DNA from: Alphaproteobacteria bacterium
GTDB taxonomy: Bacteria > Pseudomonadota > Alphaproteobacteria > UBA7985
Reading direction: 5' to 3'
Length of the DNA: 64,000 bases
Assembly (NCBI GenBank): GCA_965661545.1
Contig: CBFIEF010000001.1
Coordinates: forward strand, 27,250-91,249
The position numbers and the translations under genes were made by a program. Every line of letters starts with the position of its first letter. Position 1 is the stretch's first letter. Under the pieces are notes generated by a model. That model made no database searches, was not told where the DNA came from, and saw nothing but the letters and a program-made list of their open reading frames with translations. Positions 51,838 through 62,863 of this stretch are shown here, in pieces.

Positions 51838-54645
51838 TTATTCCTCGGTTTCGCCATCCACTGCGTCCACAGCTTCCCCATCGTCATCGTCCGAAGAGCC
51901 CGGATCGTCAAGACGGGCAACAGACACGATTTGTTCACCATCCGCCACACGGAAGATATAAACGCCTCGGGTCGAGCGCCCTGCGATCCGAATTTCATCA
52001 ACCGATGTTCGAATGAGTGTGCCGCCGTTGGTGACCAGCATCAGTTGGTCGCCGTCCTGTACTGGGAAGCTGGCGGCAACGGAGGTTGTTGCCGAGCCGG
52101 AGCGTCCCAAATCGATCGCTGCTACGCCCTGATTGCCGCGACCCATGGTGCGGAACTCATAGGCGCTTGTGCGCTTGCCCAGTCCGTCTTCTGAGAGGGT
52201 CAGGATGAACTGTTCCGCCGCCGCAAGCTGGGTCAGGCGTTCTTGTGACAAGCCGCCACCGCCAACATCCGTTCCGCTCGCGCCTTCTTCCTCTGCGCGC
52301 CGCATCGCGTTGGCGTGACGGACATAGGCGTCACGCTCCTCAGCCGTTGCCGTTACGTGGTTCAGAATGGCCATGGAGATCACACGATCGCCAGCGGACA
52401 AATTCATACCGCGCACGCCAGTGGAGTCACGCCCCACAAAGACCCGCACATCCGTTACCGGGAAGCGAATGGCTTTACCGCCCTGCGCGGACAGCAGCAC
52501 GTCCTGATCTTCCTGACAGATCGCCACGTTGACGAGGCTATCGCCCTCATCAAGCTTCATGGCGATTTTGCCGTTTGCTTTGACCGAGACGAAGTCGCTC
52601 AACCGGTTCCGGCGGATGCCGCCGCTGGCGGTGGAGAACATGACAAACTGATCATCCGCCTGCTCTTCATCTTCAGGCAACGGCAGGAATGCGGTGATGG
52701 TCTCACCCTGTTCCAGCGGCAGAATGTTGACCATCGCCTTACCGCGCGCTTGCGGTGTGCCTTCAGGCAGGCGCCAGACTTTGAGCTTATAAACCATGCC
52801 GCGTGAGGAGAAAAACAGCACAGGCGTATGTGTGTTGCACACCATGACGTTGGCGACGAAATCTTCGTCACGCGTGGACATGCCCGAGCGGCCTTTACCG
52901 CCGCGTCGCTGCGCGCGATAGGTGTCCAGCCCGACGCGCTTGACGTAACCGCCGTGGCTGACCGTTACGACCATATCTTCGCGTGGGATCAGGTCTTCAA
53001 TGTCGTAGTCGGCTTCGTAGTTTTCGATCGACGTTCGGCGATCGTCACCAAATTCCTCACCAACAGCAAGCAACTCGCTGCGCACCAAGCCCATCCGCAA
53101 ATCACGGTTGGACAGGATTTCCAGGTATTCTTTGATCTTTGCCGCAAGTTCTTCGAGTTCGGAGGCGATTTTGTCCCGCTCCAAACCGGTCAGGCGAGAG
53201 AGCTGCAGCGCGAGGATGCCGCGTGCTTGTTCTTCGGACAGCTTGTAGGTGCCATCATCCGTGACACCGCGACCCGGCTCGTCCAGTAACTCGATCAGTG
53301 GGCGAATGTCTTCCGCTGGCCAAGCGCGCTCCATTAGCTCCAGACGCGCCGCCGTCGGGTCTGTGGAATTGCGGATCAGGGAGATGACATCATCGATGTT
53401 CGCAACCGCAACAGCCAGACCCACCAAAATGTGCGCCCGATCGCGGGCCTTGCCCAGCTCGAACGCCATCCGGCGCGTGATGACTTCTTCGCGGAAATTG
53501 ACAAAGGCGCTGATGATCTGCTGCAAGTTCAGCATCTCAGGGCGGCCACCGTTAATCGCCAGAATGTTGCACCCGAAGGAGCTTTGCAGCGGCGTGTGCT
53601 TGAACAGCTGGTTAAGGACCACTTCAGCTTGATGATCGCGCTTGATCTCGATCACCACGCGCATCCCTTGACGGTCGGATTCATCGTTGGCACTTGCAAC
53701 GCCTTCAACGATCTTGTCTTTGGCCAGCTGGACAACACGCTCAACAAGGCGCGCTTTGTTTACCTGATAGGGCAGTTCGGTGACCACGATGGTTTCGCGG
53801 TCTTTGCGGTTTTCTTCGATGTGGGTCTTAGCCCGCATGATGACCGAACCACGTCCGGTGTGGTAGGCCGAGCGAATGCCTGAACGTCCTAGGATCATCG
53901 CGCCGGTCGGGAAGTCTGGACCGGGGATGTGTTCCATCAACTCGTCGATGGTGATCGTCGGATTGTCGATGTAGGCCGCGCACGCGTTGATGACTTCGCG
54001 CAGGTTGTGCGGCGGAATGTTGGTTGCCATGCCCACGGCGATGCCGCCTGCGCCATTAACCAGCAGGTTCGGATAAGGCGCGGGCAGGACTTGTGGTTCC
54101 TGCTTGCTCTCGTCGTAGTTGGGTTGGAAATCGACGGTGTTCTTGTCGATGTCCTCGAGCAGGCCGGAGCCGAGTTTGGACAGGCGGGCTTCTGTGTAAC
54201 GGTAGGCCGCTGGTGGATCGCCATCCATGGAGCCAAAGTTGCCTTGGCCGTCGATGAGCATGGCGCGCATGGAAAACGGCTGCGCCATTCGCACCATGGC
54301 GTCGTAAATCGCGCCATCGCCGTGTGGGTGGTAACCACCCATAACTTCACCAACGAGGTTCGCGGATTTGCGGTACGCGCGGTTCCACTCGTACCCGCCG
54401 GTTTTGGCGGTGTAGAGGATGCGGCGGTGTACGGGTTTCAGTCCATCGCGGACATCGGGAAGCGCACGGGAAACGATGACTGACATGGCGTAGTCCAAGT
54501 AGGACTTCCGCATTTCTGCAACGAGAGAAACCGGTGCGATATCATCAGGCAGCGCGCTTGCGCTCAATCCGTTTTCGTCGTCATCGCCGCCGTTGCCGGA
54601 GGCTTCTGCACTCACTGGTGGAAGGTCGTCTTCGTTATCCGACAC
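51838..54645 (-). CDS. gyrA: DNA gyrase subunit A
   Basis: The QRDR context (AAMRYTE-like ...[18 protein letters not shown]), beta-pinwheel repeats and an acidic C-terminal tail. The start is a GTG, with an unusually acidic 35-aa N-terminal extension. Confidence 0.9.
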   Translation of the reverse strand: MSDNEDDLPPVSAEASGNGGDDDENGLSASALPDDIAPVSLVAEMRKSYLDYAMSVIVSRALPDVRDGLKPVHRRILYTAKTGGYEWNRAYRKSANLVGEVMGGYHPHGDGAIYDAMVRMAQPFSMRAMLIDGQGNFGSMDGDPPAAYRYTEARLSKLGSGLLEDIDKNTVDFQPNYDESKQEPQVLPAPYPNLLVNGAGGIAVGMATNIPPHNLREVINACAAYIDNPTITIDELMEHIPGPDFPTGAMILGRSGIRSAYHTGRGSVIMRAKTHIEENRKDRETIVVTELPYQVNKARLVERVVQLAKDKIVEGVASANDESDRQGMRVVIEIKRDHQAEVVLNQLFKHTPLQSSFGCNILAINGGRPEMLNLQQIISAFVNFREEVITRRMAFELGKARDRAHILVGLAVAVANIDDVISLIRNSTDPTAARLELMERAWPAEDIRPLIELLDEPGRGVTDDGTYKLSEEQARGILALQLSRLTGLERDKIASELEELAAKIKEYLEILSNRDLRMGLVRSELLAVGEEFGDDRRTSIENYEADYDIEDLIPREDMVVTVSHGGYVKRVGLDTYRAQRRGGKGRSGMSTRDEDFVANVMVCNTHTPVLFFSSRGMVYKLKVWRLPEGTPQARGKAMVNILPLEQGETITAFLPLPEDEEQADDQFVMFSTASGGIRRNRLSDFVSVKANGKIAMKLDEGDSLVNVAICQEDQDVLLSAQGGKAIRFPVTDVRVFVGRDSTGVRGMNLSAGDRVISMAILNHVTATAEERDAYVRHANAMRRAEEEGASGTDVGGGGLSQERLTQLAAAEQFILTLSEDGLGKRTSAYEFRTMGRGNQGVAAIDLGRSGSATTSVAASFPVQDGDQLMLVTNGGTLIRTSVDEIRIAGRSTRGVYIFRVADGEQIVSVARLDDPGSSDDDDGEAVDAVDGETEE

Positions 54646-54807
54646 TGTACACTCCGGGTCGTGGAAAGGAGCGGTTTAACGCCCCGTTTTACTGCCGGAC
54701 TGAGACCCAAAAAATTGGGGTCAGGCGGCCAAGATTAGAACCGCCTAACACTAGGAAATTATGCGTCGTGAAGCAAGGGAAACCACCCCTGCATCCAAGG
54801 CTGTCTT

Positions 54808-55386
54808 TTAGAACGGAATGTCGTCGTCGAAGTCGTTTCCACCGCCGGACGAACCGCCACCAAAACTGCTCGATCCGCTGCTGGATCCGCCGCCTGAACC
54901 GCCGCCAAATCCGCCGCCGCCAGAACCGCCAGAGCCACCGCCAAAGCCGCCGCCGGACGAACTGCCGCCGCCGCCGCCGCCGCCGCCGCCGAAGTTACTA
55001 TCGCCACCGAAGTCGCCACCGCCACCGCCGCCGCCTTCGCCGCGACCGCCGATCATCTGCAGCTCTCCACGGAACTGGCTGAGGACAATCTCAGTGGTGT
55101 ACTTGTCGTTGCCTTCCTGATCCTGCCACTTGCGTGTCTGGAGCTGACCTTCGATGTAGACTTGGCGACCGCGCTGCAAGTAGCGCTCCGCCACGTCGGC
55201 CAAACGCTCGTTAAAAATCACCACGCGATGCCATTCGGTCTTCTCGCGCTGCTCCCCGCTTCCACGGTCACGCCAGCGCTCAGACGTGGCGATGGAAAGC
55301 TGAACGACTTTGCTGCCGTTGTTGGTGGTACGGACCTCTGGATCGCGGCCAAGGTTGCCGACCAGAATGACTTTGTTAACGCTCAT
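54808..55386 (-). CDS. ssb: Single-stranded DNA-binding protein
   Basis: An OB-fold N-terminus ([19 protein letters not shown]), a Gly-rich linker and the acidic tip DDDIPF. ATG at 55386. Confidence 0.9.
   Translation of the reverse strand: MSVNKVILVGNLGRDPEVRTTNNGSKVVQLSIATSERWRDRGSGEQREKTEWHRVVIFNERLADVAERYLQRGRQVYIEGQLQTRKWQDQEGNDKYTTEIVLSQFRGELQMIGGRGEGGGGGGGDFGGDSNFGGGGGGGGGSSSGGGFGGGSGGSGGGGFGGGSGGGSSSGSSSFGGGSSGGGNDFDDDIPF
54965..54990. repeat. Perfect (GCC)n microsatellite of about 8.7 units inside the ssb Gly-linker coding region
   Basis: Uninterrupted gccgccgcc... run. The surrounding region from about 54830 to 55050 is an imperfect GGC/GCC-rich repeat. Confidence 0.9.
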
Positions 55387-55519
55387 TTTTACCAAGCTTT
55401 CGTAAATCTGTTATACGCCGGTTCTAAGGACGTAACTGCACAAGAGCAATAACCGGGCTTGTGCATAACCTGCAAGAACAATATACGAACATTCGCATAA
55501 GGCAAAAGGAAGCGAAGAG

Positions 55520-56230
55520 ATGGATATGACGGGGGTCAAAGGGCTGCTTTTTGACAAGGATGGAACTTTGCTGGACCTGCACGGTACGTGGGGCGTCGTT
55601 CTGAATGATTTGATCTGGTATTCTGCTGGTGAAGGCGAGCAGCGGGTCGCTGAAGACCTCGCACGGATTGGCGGCTATAACTTGGCCACACAGAAATTCA
55701 CGCCGGACAGCCAGTTGGCTCAGGGCGACTGGGGATCGATCTTTCAAGCGTGGCAGGAGCGGCTGGGGCCAGAGCAGGGCAAGCGCATGGTCACCTTCCT
55801 TGAAGACATGCGCACGGGTAAGCGCACGCGTCAGTCCGTCGCCTTGGGCAACATCCGGCCCACGATACAGGCACTGGCCGAAGCAGGTTTCGTAATGGGC
55901 ATCGCGACCAACGATTCGGAGGCCGCAGCTCGGCGCGATATGGAAGGTCTGGACGTGACAGAATTCTGCACCGTGATCTATGGCCACGACAGCCACGGCA
56001 GCAAGCCGGGGCCAGAAATGATGACTGCCTTTTGCGCTGAAACCGGCCTGAAGCCGGGGCAGGTAACGATGGTGGGTGACACCATGACGGACCTGAACTT
56101 CGCCCGAAACGCGGGCGCGCATTCTTGCATTGGGGTGATCGAAGACAGCTACGTCGATCCGCGCTTCCGCGCCGGTGTCGATGTTCGGATCGAGCACGTG
56201 CGCGAAATTCCGACTTTGCTGGGCGTTTGA
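55520..56230 (+). CDS. HAD-superfamily hydrolase (phosphoglycolate phosphatase-like)
   Basis: FDKDGTL motif I, the ATND motif and GDTMTD motif IV. Confidence 0.75.
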   Translation: MDMTGVKGLLFDKDGTLLDLHGTWGVVLNDLIWYSAGEGEQRVAEDLARIGGYNLATQKFTPDSQLAQGDWGSIFQAWQERLGPEQGKRMVTFLEDMRTGKRTRQSVALGNIRPTIQALAEAGFVMGIATNDSEAAARRDMEGLDVTEFCTVIYGHDSHGSKPGPEMMTAFCAETGLKPGQVTMVGDTMTDLNFARNAGAHSCIGVIEDSYVDPRFRAGVDVRIEHVREIPTLLGV

Positions 56231-56303
56231 GCGCCGGGGCTGACACAAGCAATCAGCAGCGCCGTTACGCTAGGCCTTTGTGTGTCATCAAGAACCCGCG
56301 GGA

Positions 56304-57671
56304 TTAGCCGTCGTCGGCGTCTAACAGGCTCACACGGCTGCTTTCGGCGTTGATCCATGCTTGCAGCGTGATGATCCAGCGCTCGTGCAGCTCGTCGCTG
56401 GACAGCGCGGCTTTCCACGCATCAACGGCTAGGGGCGTGTTGCCCCGCGCTTCTTCCAACAGGCCTTGGACCACGCGCAGTTCGGGGGTCATGCCGTGCA
56501 GGTGGGTCATGTACATTGTGATGTCTTCATCCAGCACGATGTTGATATGGCCCAGCCCGGTGAAGCTATCGAGGTAGAGAACCTGACGGATCTCGGCGAC
56601 GATCTCTTCGAGCGTAAACGCGGAACGCAGAAATTCGCCGTTCTTGCGCTGCTCGGAGGCGAGGTAAGAACCGGAGAGAATGGCATTGTAGAAGTCGGTG
56701 ACGTTTGAGGTCTCGCGGTTGAAACCACAGCTGCGCGCCATGCGGCTCCAGCCCATTTTGCGGGCGGAGCGGCGCGAGTCTGCGAACTTGCCACACAGCA
56801 ATAGGGTCCAGCTTGCGAAGCGCACGCCAGTTGTCTCGGCTTCGGCCTTGGCGGTGTAGCGTTCTTGCTCCATCAACCGGTCACGCACGCCTTGCAGCAG
56901 GCCCTGACAGTGGGCGGCTTGGGCGGTTGGGGTCTCGAGGAACAGCAATTTGGTAATGTTGGTTGGCTTGGTCTGGTCGTAATCCTGCTGCAACCGGCGG
57001 GCGAGGTCATCGCGGCCTGCGCGCATGGCGGCGGTGATCGGCCAGTCGAGGAAATCAGATCCAAAAGCGGTTTCAGCAAAGCTCATGAACTTCTGAATGT
57101 CGCCGACCAGAAATTCTGCCTTGGGGTAGTAATCCAGCTCCAGCCGCTGCGGCGCTAGACCGCGCGGGACCAGCGCTTCGCCGAACCAGAGATTGCCGTA
57201 ATACTGATCTTCGAGGCTGAAGTAGCGTGTAACGAGGCGAACCAACTCTTGGATGTCTGGACGGGCCAAGACAGCATCGGGAACAGCATCGAGCGAGAAT
57301 TTGCCCAGTTCCTCATTCATGTTCGAGAACGCCACGGACGCGCGGACGATGTCGGCGATGCCTGACATCACTTCTGGCTCTTCAGTGGCGGTTCCCATCA
57401 CCGACAGCAGATGGTTGGACAGGTCTTGCCGGTAGAATGTCCCACACAGGCGCAGCTCTTCTTGCAAATCTCGGGCAGCGCGAATGCTGTCCCAATCTTC
57501 GCTCCAATTGTCCGAAAGTTCGGCAGCGCTGGTGAAGGTTAGCATCATATCGAGGAAGATGCGGCGGTAGGGATCTTGCGGGTCGAATGCCTGTGCCTGG
57601 GCCAAAGTGGTCCAGCCGGTTAGGGCCAGAGCCATCCCAGTCAGCAGCGCTTTGATCGGTTTTTTCAGCAT
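56304..57671 (-). CDS. Secreted protein of unknown function (455 aa). It is the distal gene of the Bat/MoxR-like operon.
   Basis: The ATG at 57671 sits 4 nt after the stop of the upstream gene (TGA TTG ATG). Signal peptide MLKKPIKALLTGMALALTGWTTLAQA. No recognisable domain. Confidence 0.6.
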   Translation of the reverse strand: MLKKPIKALLTGMALALTGWTTLAQAQAFDPQDPYRRIFLDMMLTFTSAAELSDNWSEDWDSIRAARDLQEELRLCGTFYRQDLSNHLLSVMGTATEEPEVMSGIADIVRASVAFSNMNEELGKFSLDAVPDAVLARPDIQELVRLVTRYFSLEDQYYGNLWFGEALVPRGLAPQRLELDYYPKAEFLVGDIQKFMSFAETAFGSDFLDWPITAAMRAGRDDLARRLQQDYDQTKPTNITKLLFLETPTAQAAHCQGLLQGVRDRLMEQERYTAKAEAETTGVRFASWTLLLCGKFADSRRSARKMGWSRMARSCGFNRETSNVTDFYNAILSGSYLASEQRKNGEFLRSAFTLEEIVAEIRQVLYLDSFTGLGHINIVLDEDITMYMTHLHGMTPELRVVQGLLEEARGNTPLAVDAWKAALSSDELHERWIITLQAWINAESSRVSLLDADDG

Positions 57672-57674
57672 CAA

Positions 57675-60600
57675 TCAGACCTCCGCTTCAGACAGATATT
57701 CGCGGATCAAGTAGTCCGCGATAATGGCGATGAGCAGCAGCAGGACAAGGATCCATGTCAGATCCCAAACCCGCTCTTTGGTGCCGCTTTGATCCAGTTG
57801 GACCAACGAGGACGGCACCTGCAGGTTGCTCGGGTCTAGCACGACCCCGCCGCTGGCTTTCGCGATGGCGCGCAAGGCGGATAGATTGGCACCGGAATCC
57901 AGCGCCAACGGCTCTGTAGCGAGGTGCAAGAAAGCAGGATAGACCACGCCGGATTTCGTGAAACTCCGCCCGCGACCCTGGCGGTCTGTGCCGTCACCGC
58001 TGATCACCAGCTCGAAAGCTTCCGGCAGATCCCGAATGCTGCCCAAATTGCCGGTCCAACGCGCCTCCGAGCCCGTCAGCTCAAACTGAGCCAGCAAATC
58101 ACCACGCGTGGAAGGCTCAATGTCGGTGTTGCCAGTTGCTGCTTCTGCTTCTGGTTTTGGTTCTGTGTGGCCGTAAAGCTCCACGGAAAAGCCGGTTGGG
58201 GCAAAGGGGTCGATGGACTGGTGATTCAGTGTCAGCAGAACTTCGTTCCGTCCATCCCGTGTCAGCGACAGTTCAATCGCATCGCGGGGGCTGGTTCGCG
58301 TGGCCCATGCAAAGGCGCGGGCAAGGGCGACTTGGAAGATCGCACTGTTGGTCAGCGAGCCGTCTGCGCCACCATCGCGCAGGGATGTCCCAAGCGCAGA
58401 AACCCGGCCCCCGACCGCTGCGCGCTCAATGAACCCTTCGGCGGTGCTGGACGGTTCCCGCTGGAGCACCCAGTCGGTCCATATGGCCAAATCAAGCGCA
58501 CGGCCCTGTTCAGGCTGATAGTCTTGCTGGCCCAGAATAAAGCGAGCTTCGTCGCGAGCAGAAAGAACCGAGTAGCCGTTGATCGCGCCCAAGCCCATTT
58601 CCTGTGCGGGTAAGTCGTTCAAGAAGCGGTGGCGCGCGTTGAATTGCGGGTCGTCAATCCGCTCGTCCTTGTAGCTCGTCATCCGCCGCGCCAACTGTCC
58701 GATGGGAATTTGAAACCGGTCGAGATAAGCGATTCCGCCGCCGGCTTCAGCGACGCTGTACAGGTTGTTAAACCCTTCGGAAGCGATGCCCGCGCGCTGG
58801 CGCAAGGTGGCGTCTCGGCTGTTCAATACTTCGTAAATATCAGGCAGGGACGTGTCACCATACGCCATTGCGATACCGTTGATGATGAAGTCATCTTCGC
58901 TGTTCAAACGCGCAGCCAAAGCTGGCGCTGTGTCGCGCTGGAAGATGCCGTCTTCGTCAACTTTCCACGACAGATAAGCGCCTGTATCCGGATCGCCACC
59001 GTCGGCAACGATCAGAACCCGGCGCTCGTCTGGCAGCTCAAAACCGGCTTCTTCGGCCATCACCAGTGAGCGACGAGTTTCGAAGAGGGCGTCGTAAATA
59101 TCGATTCCTTCGGGCTGTAGCCCCAGCAGGCGACGACGCTCGAATTCGTCGGCCAACTGGCTCAGGGAGTCACGGATCTGTTTTTCGAGATCTTCGACGC
59201 CTTGAAAGGTATCCAGCGGCACCAGCTCGTGCACTTCGTCAGAGAAGCCAAAAATACGCACCAGTGAGCCTTCGGACAGCGGCGCGAAGCTCTCGACGAT
59301 ATAACGAACGGCCCGGTCCAACGTGTCTTCTTCGTAAAACAAGGACGCTGAGACGTCGAGGATGCCGACGGCAAGCAGCTTTGGGTCACCGGATGAGCCC
59401 TTGGGCTCTACATTCACCGGTAGCACCCGCGCCACTGGCGTCGCAGCGTAGCCTTTGACGCCGTATGTCTCGTCACCGCCAGCAACAAACAAACCCCCGC
59501 CGCGCTGCACGAAATCTTCGATTTCGCCAAGAATCGCCTGCTGGGTCATGCCGTCACCAATTTCGCCGGGGGCAAAGTCGGTCATCAGGATCAGATCGTA
59601 GTCGAACAGGTCCAGCGGATCGGTGGAATCAACGCCTGTCCGCCGAGGCAGATCGCTGGGCACCACACGGTCGATGTTCGAGTTGAGCTCTTCGATGATC
59701 GTCTCGATCAGAGAAATCGGCGCAGCACCGCCGTCGAGCCACAGCACTTGAGGCGTGGACATGGTTGGGACCATGCGCGACTGGACCGTATCGGGCAGGC
59801 GCGGCTGGGCGAAGCGGCTGTCGGGGACCGGCTCGGGGTCGTTGTCGAGCTTGACCGTCATCTGCACAAACGAGCCTTCGCCTTCCTGATCGAGGATCAG
59901 CGGCGTACACGATACGGTTTCTACCAGCTCATCAATAATGATCGCAGCCGTTCCTGCCGGATCACCGTCCAAGCAGGTAAAGCGGAACAAGTCTTGCACT
60001 TTGTCGCCCTGGAGCGCGCCAAGGTAGGCAACGCGCTGCTCGGCTTGCTGGCTGATGGCAAGGTCGATGGGCGTGGCAACCAAAGGCTCTTCCAGATCCC
60101 CCTGACTGAGCAGCGATAACCCTTGGTCATCACCAATGATAAAGCGGGGATCGTCCGGGTTGGCGAGGCGGTGAGAGGGCCGACCCTGCTGCGGCACCAC
60201 CAGCACGGGGACGCTGCCCCCGGCGAGAAGCTGCAACACTTGAGTGATCTGGGCGTCGTCGGGTGCCCCTTGGCGCGTGGTGAGGCCGTCGGTCAGCAGG
60301 ACGATTGCTTGTGCCGGCGCACCTGCGCCGGTGGCGAGCGTTTCTGCGACAACAGCCGACAAGTCGGTTGAAGCGCCGCCAATGTCATTCAATGCGCTGG
60401 ACGCGCTGCTGAAAGAACTGACTGTGCGGCTGCCTTGGGCGAAGACGCGGCGGTGAACGTCAGCTGGAACGCCCAAGCCCCGAACGATATCTGCGGTCAG
60501 GCGATCGGCGTCGGACAAGTAGTCACCGACTTGCGGTGCGTCCGCGTGGACGAGGCTTTCGGACAGATCGAGCAGGACATCAACGCGGGCCTTGCTTGTC

Positions 60601-60809
60601 GCTGGAACAGTCTGCCGGTATTCGGTCACGCCGAGCCACAGCAGCCCAATCAGGCCCACGCTCAGCCCGCGCAACACCAGACTGGTGACGAGAACCGACA
60701 GGCGCTGGTTCCGCTCGATCCCTGATAGTCGGTCCAGCAGCCGCCGGATGAGCGGGGCGAGCCAGAACAGCAGGCCAGCGAGGACAAGGGCGATCATCAG
60801 CAAACTCAT
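57675..60809 (-). CDS. Large membrane-anchored vWA-like protein (1044 aa) with a class-I glutamine-amidotransferase-like segment
   Basis: Two N-terminal TM helices, a DxSxS-like site (LDLSESL) and a later LILMTDFAPGE...GGGLFVAGG segment. The start ATG overlaps the upstream stop as ATGA. Confidence 0.65.
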   Translation of the reverse strand: MSLLMIALVLAGLLFWLAPLIRRLLDRLSGIERNQRLSVLVTSLVLRGLSVGLIGLLWLGVTEYRQTVPATSKARVDVLLDLSESLVHADAPQVGDYLSDADRLTADIVRGLGVPADVHRRVFAQGSRTVSSFSSASSALNDIGGASTDLSAVVAETLATGAGAPAQAIVLLTDGLTTRQGAPDDAQITQVLQLLAGGSVPVLVVPQQGRPSHRLANPDDPRFIIGDDQGLSLLSQGDLEEPLVATPIDLAISQQAEQRVAYLGALQGDKVQDLFRFTCLDGDPAGTAAIIIDELVETVSCTPLILDQEGEGSFVQMTVKLDNDPEPVPDSRFAQPRLPDTVQSRMVPTMSTPQVLWLDGGAAPISLIETIIEELNSNIDRVVPSDLPRRTGVDSTDPLDLFDYDLILMTDFAPGEIGDGMTQQAILGEIEDFVQRGGGLFVAGGDETYGVKGYAATPVARVLPVNVEPKGSSGDPKLLAVGILDVSASLFYEEDTLDRAVRYIVESFAPLSEGSLVRIFGFSDEVHELVPLDTFQGVEDLEKQIRDSLSQLADEFERRRLLGLQPEGIDIYDALFETRRSLVMAEEAGFELPDERRVLIVADGGDPDTGAYLSWKVDEDGIFQRDTAPALAARLNSEDDFIINGIAMAYGDTSLPDIYEVLNSRDATLRQRAGIASEGFNNLYSVAEAGGGIAYLDRFQIPIGQLARRMTSYKDERIDDPQFNARHRFLNDLPAQEMGLGAINGYSVLSARDEARFILGQQDYQPEQGRALDLAIWTDWVLQREPSSTAEGFIERAAVGGRVSALGTSLRDGGADGSLTNSAIFQVALARAFAWATRTSPRDAIELSLTRDGRNEVLLTLNHQSIDPFAPTGFSVELYGHTEPKPEAEAATGNTDIEPSTRGDLLAQFELTGSEARWTGNLGSIRDLPEAFELVISGDGTDRQGRGRSFTKSGVVYPAFLHLATEPLALDSGANLSALRAIAKASGGVVLDPSNLQVPSSLVQLDQSGTKERVWDLTWILVLLLLIAIIADYLIREYLSEAEV

Positions 60810-62860
60810 GCGGAAACCCTCCGGCTTGCGCCCTTCCGGAACCGACCGGCCAGCACGATTAAGAACAGCGCTTCTAGGACGGCAAGGGCGAGCAAGCCCA
60901 TCACCAAGGGACGGGTCAATCGGCGTAGGCCATCGCCCCGTGACAGCGCGGAGAAGTCGGGTAAGGCCGTGACAGATGCGCGGGTCAGCGCGGATTCTTC
61001 AGCGTTAAACAGCGCCAGTGACAGCGGCACCGTCTGTGACAGCCCTTCGCCGCTGAGGAAATACAGACCGGCCTGGTCCAACCGCCACCGAGAGACGCCC
61101 AAATCATCCGTGATAACCGGTGGAATTTCAGCATCATCGGTCCGAACCACAGCGTTCCGCACGCCATCCAGCGTCAGCGGGTCGCCAGCAGCGAGGTACT
61201 GGGGGATGCGCTGGCGTCGGTCGTCCATCCACTCGAGGGTGTTCATCATCATAAAGGTCAGGGTCAGGCAGTCGTCAGGGCCATAGATTTGGGCGTCGCG
61301 GCGGTCTTCGACTGTGTTGTCCGCTTCGGCATCCGAGGGGATGAAATTGGTGCAATAGGCATGGGGGTCGAAGCCGAGAAATAGCATCTTAGCGGCCGGA
61401 AGAAGCGCGCCATCAAACTCGGTATCTTGGCGTTCGGCGGCGAAGGCTGTGACGATCTCGACCCGATCTTCAGCGATAACTGTCAGCGCATCTTGCGGAT
61501 CTACGTCGCGCAGCAGCGGCACAACCCGTGACTTTTCGTCAGCAAAAGGCAGGGGGCGCAGCGATGGGCCAACCGTCACACGGCCAATCATGGGCTTGAG
61601 GCCGGCCATCACCGGATGACGGTTTTCCGACGCTTGCCAAGCGAACTGGCGCGCGCCGCTGCCGTCTTCCGATCGGCCAGCACCGGGGCGGGTTTCGATG
61701 ACAATCGCATTGGCGTTCAGTTCTTCGAACAGGGGGCCTTCGGGACAGCGGTCAAAAATCACGGCGTCATAGCCGCGATAGTCCGCATCGTCCGTGATGC
61801 CCGCGCTTTCTGACAGGCGGATGTTGGGGTGAGGCAAGAAGCGGTCAAACAGATAGCCGTTGCCTTCGCAGCGGACGATATGCAGATCAAACTGCTGCAC
61901 CACTTCCGGTACAACCCACAAGCTATCATCCAGCGCCAATGGGTCGCCGGAACCCGAGGTCAGGATGAGTTCTTTGGGGCCAGGGCCGAGTTGTACGGTC
62001 TGCTCCAAAACCCGATCCAGCGGAAAGGTTTCACGCGCGCCCGCAGGCAGGTCAAAGGGCCGACGCAGCGTTACAACAGCTGGCTTGCCCCGGACACGTG
62101 CCGTCAGCGAAACATCGCGCAGCGGCTCAGTCCCAAAGTTGCGCAGCGACACTTCCTTGGGCGCATCAAACAGGTTCAGTCCACCGCTCACGCCCTCAAA
62201 CCCAACGTTGGAGGGCAAGTCATCGCCCACATCGATCCAGTTCAATCGTCGAGGCGCGTTGATCTCTTCGCTCAACGGGCGATCGGTCACCAGCGTCAGC
62301 GCACCAACGCCGCGTGACGCGGAAAGCGCGGCGAGGGCGGAGAGGCGCTGGTCCATCGGCGCAGGCATCGACGTGGCGCTCAGCGTGTTCAGCTGGGCCC
62401 GGGCTTCGAGGCGATCGGCCACAAACGGCACGTCGTCGCCCAAGTTGGTCAGGCTCACCAGTGCAACGCTTGCACCGGCAGCCATCGCCTTATCAATCTC
62501 TGCATCCGCAGCCGTGACGGCCCGGTCAAACCGGGTTTTCCCGTTTCCAGCTTCGGCGTTCATGGACGCTGACGTATCAACCACGATCAAACGCTTAGGC
62601 GCAGGCAAAAGCGCCGAAAGGCCGAGCGCGATTAATGCCAGCAAAGCAAACATCAGCGCATAGAGCCACCGGTGCCACTTGTGCGTCATCGACAGGTTCT
62701 GGAACGTGGTGCGTCGCGGCAAATCTCGAAACAGCAACAGCGAGGAAACGTCCAGCCTTTGCCGCCGCGCCGGCAGGGACAAGAACGCCAGCGCGGGCGC
62801 TAGGATCAAAGGCAAAGCCCACAGAAAAGATAGGCCAAAGGTAAAGCCGAAAACCGTCAT
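60806..62860 (-). CDS. BatA-like protein with an N-terminal double-transmembrane domain (TIGR02226-type) and a vWA domain (684 aa)
   Basis: The N-terminus FGFTFGLSFLWALPLILAPALAFL, then MIDAS-like VVDTSASM. It starts 3 nt after the DUF58 stop. Confidence 0.7.
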   Translation of the reverse strand: MTVFGFTFGLSFLWALPLILAPALAFLSLPARRQRLDVSSLLLFRDLPRRTTFQNLSMTHKWHRWLYALMFALLALIALGLSALLPAPKRLIVVDTSASMNAEAGNGKTRFDRAVTAADAEIDKAMAAGASVALVSLTNLGDDVPFVADRLEARAQLNTLSATSMPAPMDQRLSALAALSASRGVGALTLVTDRPLSEEINAPRRLNWIDVGDDLPSNVGFEGVSGGLNLFDAPKEVSLRNFGTEPLRDVSLTARVRGKPAVVTLRRPFDLPAGARETFPLDRVLEQTVQLGPGPKELILTSGSGDPLALDDSLWVVPEVVQQFDLHIVRCEGNGYLFDRFLPHPNIRLSESAGITDDADYRGYDAVIFDRCPEGPLFEELNANAIVIETRPGAGRSEDGSGARQFAWQASENRHPVMAGLKPMIGRVTVGPSLRPLPFADEKSRVVPLLRDVDPQDALTVIAEDRVEIVTAFAAERQDTEFDGALLPAAKMLFLGFDPHAYCTNFIPSDAEADNTVEDRRDAQIYGPDDCLTLTFMMMNTLEWMDDRRQRIPQYLAAGDPLTLDGVRNAVVRTDDAEIPPVITDDLGVSRWRLDQAGLYFLSGEGLSQTVPLSLALFNAEESALTRASVTALPDFSALSRGDGLRRLTRPLVMGLLALAVLEALFLIVLAGRFRKGASRRVSA

Positions 62861-62863
62861 GGA

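Noticed and set aside
54830-55050. A CRISPR-like or other array signal from the repetitive GGC/GCC region.
   Set aside because: It is a simple trinucleotide-rich coding repeat (the SSB glycine linker). It has no spacer-repeat structure.
54818-55120. A proline-rich plus-strand ORF (PPPEPPP...) of 100 aa.
   Set aside because: It is the reverse complement of the ssb Gly-linker GGC repeats, so it is an artefact.
55424-56248. A 274-aa minus-strand ORF across the HAD hydrolase gene.
   Set aside because: It is antisense to a motif-supported HAD gene and has no features of its own.
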